DNA of 64,000 nucleotides from Eledone cirrhosa. Lineage: Eukaryota. Numbering within the stretch: the first letter of the stretch is position 1; each line of letters begins with the position of its first letter. The stretch lies in contig OZ024746.1 of the NCBI GenBank assembly GCA_964016885.1, positions 38,998,001 through 39,062,000 of the forward strand. Direction: 5' to 3'. Below, one piece after another: positions 59,901 to 64,000 of the stretch. The notes below the pieces were generated by a model. It ran no database searches and had not been told where the DNA came from. It saw only the letters and a program-made list of their open reading frames with translations. A program made the translations under genes and the position numbers.

Positions 59901-60316
59901 GTGTAGTAACATTCCAACAACAAAGGTTGAGCATAACCTGTTCTTTTGCGATAAAGCTATCATGTCTATCATCTTTTCTGCTACTTCTAAAATGAACCAC
60001 CGTTAGCCACATCGAACTAGCCAGTATTGATGTGACAGGTAATTAATATATATATATATATAAGAGAGTATTGAAGTTTGCTTGAAGCATTGTGGAATAA
60101 TAGGTAAATATCTTTAAGTCGTTTGGAAGCCTCGACAATGCAAATGGGTAAATCTCCGGGTAACAAGATCCGGTGGTGGAGAGAGAGATGTAAGTGGGTG
60201 TACGTTGAGATGCGTGGTGTGTGTATAAAACGTGTAGAGGAATGAAGGAAAGAGTATAAAGGATAAAATAAAAATAACAACACGAGAGAGAGTTACCTTG
60301 GGAGAGATTTAATTGT

Positions 60317-60354
60317 CCCTATATATTTCGGATTCACATCCATCAACTGGGGGG
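60317..60354 (-). ncRNA. Degenerate minimal hammerhead
   Basis: ccc CAGTTGA t ggat gtga atcc GAAA tata TA ggg. Confidence 0.4.
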
Positions 60355-62070
60355 TTTTCCGGGTTGTCTGTCGGAAAGGTGCGAAAAACTATTATTTTTC
60401 ATTGGGGAGGGGGGGGGGGGGTAGTGGAGGACCAGTGCAAAAATTCCTTTACGTAAAATGGGTCCTTTGTAGTGAACATTTTGGGAGCCACTACATTAAT
60501 ATAATTGAGAAAATCACGAATACCATAGATTCTAATCTACCACTCTCCGCCCTTATAGATTCGATACCGCATCTCTAAAAAACAAAATATTCACATCGTG
60601 GTTTACAAGAAAATGCTGCCGATTCTCACACTAGTCAAGCACAGAGCTTCGCTCCCCCGCACAAACACCAATACATACATACTGTTCTCACGTATACAAT
60701 TAAAATAAAGTGCATAAGCGAAGACTCTCAAGGGAGGCAACTCTGCTTGAGACTTACCTCTCTTAGATTGTGACAATAGGTTGATGAATTTAAGAAAACT
60801 TTATATAATAATTAAATAAAAAATCTTATAGAGATAAATAACGATCAGCTTAAATAAATTTTCCACGCGCGGGATATATTAATATCTTTTAATTTATTCT
60901 TCAAATGTTTAAATAAAAGTAAGAATGAACCTTATTTTAGTTGAACAAGTTGTGCACATCGATTCGGAAGATTTGGAATATGCAGAGTAATATACTGTAT
61001 CACATTTGACCATACCTTCGTGCTTTATCTATCGCTGGTGACACCGGAAATCTGGTTGTTACGATATTTAATCCTTTCCTTTTACGACCCAGATTCCAAC
61101 TTTGAAGATAAAAACTGGCTAATTTTATGTATCCAGAGTGAAAAATATAAGTCAGAAAACCAGGGAGGCCAGTTGTGTATTAAGAATGCATAGCTGAGTT
61201 GTTAAGAAGCTTGCTTCGTAACCCTGAGGTCCTGGGTTCGAGACCTCTGCGTGCCATTTTGGGCAAGGGTTTTTACTGATAGACATTGAGAGAATGTGAC
61301 CCTCTTTACAGCTTTGCTGTTAGGCAACAAAGATGTTTAGTGATTCATTTATAATTTGCAAAACATTATCTTCTTCTTCTTCTTCTTCTATGATGATCAG
61401 TTGCGATATGAGCGGGCAAATGACGGACGAAAATCAACCCCGGACCAACAACGGTAAACTATCAGGGAGATGGAGCAATGGGTGACACTTACAGCCCCCC
61501 CCCCCCCCCCACACACACACACAAAAACTGCATGAAATTATAATATAATTACTTAAAATCATACAAATATGTATGAAACTGTGATCCGTTCAGGTGCAAT
61601 ATTGAAGTTTGCGCCCTCGGCAACTGCCTGTTTGACCCTAATGGTAGCACTGTTCCTGCATACGTGCATACACACATCTCTATCGATAATTATTTGTACA
61701 TTTAGCTATGTTAGTAAAGAATTTCCGAAAGCTAGGGTTTCTGACAAAGACAGTGACCAACTAATATGCAACATGCAAATGCAGTTTGTAAGTAGAACAG
61801 TTCTTCATATTGCAGAACAAGACTTCATATTGCCGAACAAGATTTCATATTATTCAATATGTAACATTTATGGTTCTTGCGAATCAATTTTTTTACGATG
61901 GAACTTTGTTTCATTGTTGAAAACCAACTTTTTCTTTATAAGATTAATTCAAATAATTTCTTTAAAAGAAAGATAAGACACATACACACACACATAGATA
62001 TACACACATACAAACACACATACATACACACACATACATATATTCATACATACATACAAACATACATACA

Positions 62071-62232
62071 TCTCCCGGTGATTTTGGATGGCCATTGACT
62101 CTTAAGAGCTCCTTTGCCCTTTGACAGGTTTTGTTTTTAGTCCTGCAGGATGTCCAAAGTCACCCTCCTCACCAAGAAACCTTGGTGGGGTTGCCAGTTT
62201 AGTCGCCAATGACCCGACCATGGGACAGGTTG
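62071..62232 (-). mobile_element. Partial copy of the 1490-2076 element
   Basis: Matches 2614-2776. Confidence 0.8.
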
Positions 62233-62673
62233 TTCATACATACATACACACATACATACATACATACATACATACATACATACATACATACATACATACA
62301 TACATACATACATACATACATACATGCACAGACACTTTCCCGTCACACGTAAGACATACTCACACACAAATATTTGTTCGCCATCTTGTCACCTTGGGTG
62401 AATTACGAAAGAGTCTTTATCAGAAATAAAGTATTTAGGTCGGAGGCCTGTCATAAGTGGCGTCGTATCTCCATGTTGCAGAATAACACATCAGCCTTGT
62501 TCCGGTTTAATATCAACACATAAGTAAACAAACAGATTAAAATGATTTGGAGAAATATATAGAAGTCCCGTGAGAAATATTTCAAGTACACAGTTTCTGC
62601 TTTTGTAATTGTATGATTTTGTTGTTGTTGTTGTTTTGCTAATATATATATGTCCGTGTGTGCGTGTGTGTGG

Positions 62674-62704
<31 letters not shown>

Positions 62705-62790
62705 CGAAATGTAAACAGAAATAACAAAGCAGATAACACAGTACAATAAAGAAATATATTCTTGTAACGCTTGATATACTAGGAAAAGAG

Positions 62791-62828
62791 TATTTACGTT
62801 TCGGGCACAAGTCTTTCATCAGAAAATA
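62791..62828 (-). ncRNA. Minimal type I hammerhead with weakened stems
   Basis: tatttt CTGATGA aagac ttgt gccc GAAA cg TA aata. Confidence 0.55.
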
Positions 62829-62914
62829 GAATGAGAAATAAAAGTTGAAATAGAAAGATAGAGAGTGGGATGTGGGAGATAAAGCACGCGATCGTTCAGT
62901 CACCATGACGGCTG

Positions 62915-63240
62915 TTTCTTCTTCTTCTTCTTCTTCTTCTTCTTCTTCTTCTTCTTCTTCTTCTTCTTCTTCTTTCTTCTTCTTCTTCTTCTCAAACACT
63001 CCTTCCAGCGGGTCCTGTCAGAAGCAACCATCTCCAACTGGATCCCCAAGCGAGACCAGCCATCTTGCTCAGGGTCTCCTGGCGGTTGGTTTTGTCCGTA
63101 AAATCTGTCCAGCGATTCTTTCCTGAGACATTCTAACCACATGTCTGTAATAACGGAGCTGTGATCTCTCTGTTCGGAGAAGTAACGGCTCTACCAGGAG
63201 TGCCCTCTGATCTCCGAGCTATGCACTCTATCGAGTAACG
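62915..63240 (-). mobile_element. RTE LINE 3' fragment with (GAA)n tail
   Basis: EPLLLRTERSQLRYYRHVVRM...MVASDRTRWK. Confidence 0.65.
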
Positions 63241-63267
63241 TTATTCCATCCTTAATGATATATATTT

Positions 63268-63866
63268 ACTAGCAGTGGTACCCGGCGTTGCACGGGATAA
63301 GGCATTTTGGAACGCGGGCCGCCAACAGACCTAATCGTGGAAAAACTGCATGCCTGGACAATATGTAAAGAAAATAAACCGAATACTCTGATGGCTGGAT
63401 AATCTTTAAGAAAATGCAGGTTTTCACCTAATGCAGGCCCTAGAGGATCAAGAAAATGATTTTTTTTTATGTGCATAATATGCCTTGAAATTTCGGAAAA
63501 ATCGGCTAGGCGTAACGCCTCAAAAAGCCCTAAAAATCTGAGAAAATAAAGTTTTTCACCTAATGTGGGCCCTAGGCCATAAAAAAGTCGGATTTTCTTT
63601 GCTCATGGTATGAAGAAGAGACTGACTAATACATAGTTACAATTTCAAGGAAATCGGTCTGACGTAACGTCTCAAAAAACTCCTAAAAACCTGAAAAAAC
63701 GCAGTTTTTCAACTAATGCGGGCCCTAGGGGATCAAGAAGTTCAATTTTTTTATGTGCATAGCACTCCCTGAAACATAAGTTTGTAAAGTTTGAAAAAAG
63801 TCGGTTGGGTACTTCTCGAGTTTTAGGGATTCAAACTCACAGACACACACACAGACAGACATCCTC
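63268..63866 (+). mobile_element. Possible non-autonomous Helitron/Helentron-like element with internal subrepeats
   Basis: Starts actagcagtggtacccggcgttgcacggg; ttttcacctaatg..ggccctag recurs near 63420, 63551 and 63704; (CAGA)n near the end. Confidence 0.4.
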
Positions 63867-63867
63867 A

Positions 63868-64000
63868 GGGAAGTGACGTAATGCTGACAGTCAGACATAC
63901 AGACAGATATTATAAGGGCGCATTCTGGACGCAGAGCGAATTGTGGGAAGTGACCTAATGCAGACAGCCAGACATACAGACAGATATTATAAGGGCGCGA
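63868..64000. repeat. ~78-bp tandem duplication (runs off the window)
   Basis: gggaagtgac.taatgc.gacag.cagacatacagacagatattataagggcgc occurs twice. Confidence 0.8.

Overview
AT-rich, repeat-saturated animal DNA. The tRNA-derived SINE and RTE families suggest a cephalopod such as Octopus, but that is inference. No intact host gene is supported, and nearly all listed ORFs are microsatellite artefacts. Real coding remnants are RTE-clade LINEs (RT plus an embedded PHD-type finger), Penelope-like element (PLE) GIY-YIG endonuclease ends, and an L1/Tx1-like tail. The main signal is in the short islands between (TA)n tracts. Reading by eye gives 11 type I hammerhead ribozymes (HHRs) with an intact CUGANGA...GAAA core, 6 copies from 3 families with a substitution at core position 4, and several decayed copies. 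They lie in PLE 3' ends, in non-coding ~545-nt retrozyme-like units and in fold-back inverted insertions. One inverted copy stops at the predicted cleavage site. All structures were read manually, not computed. There is a 200-N gap at 27978-28177.
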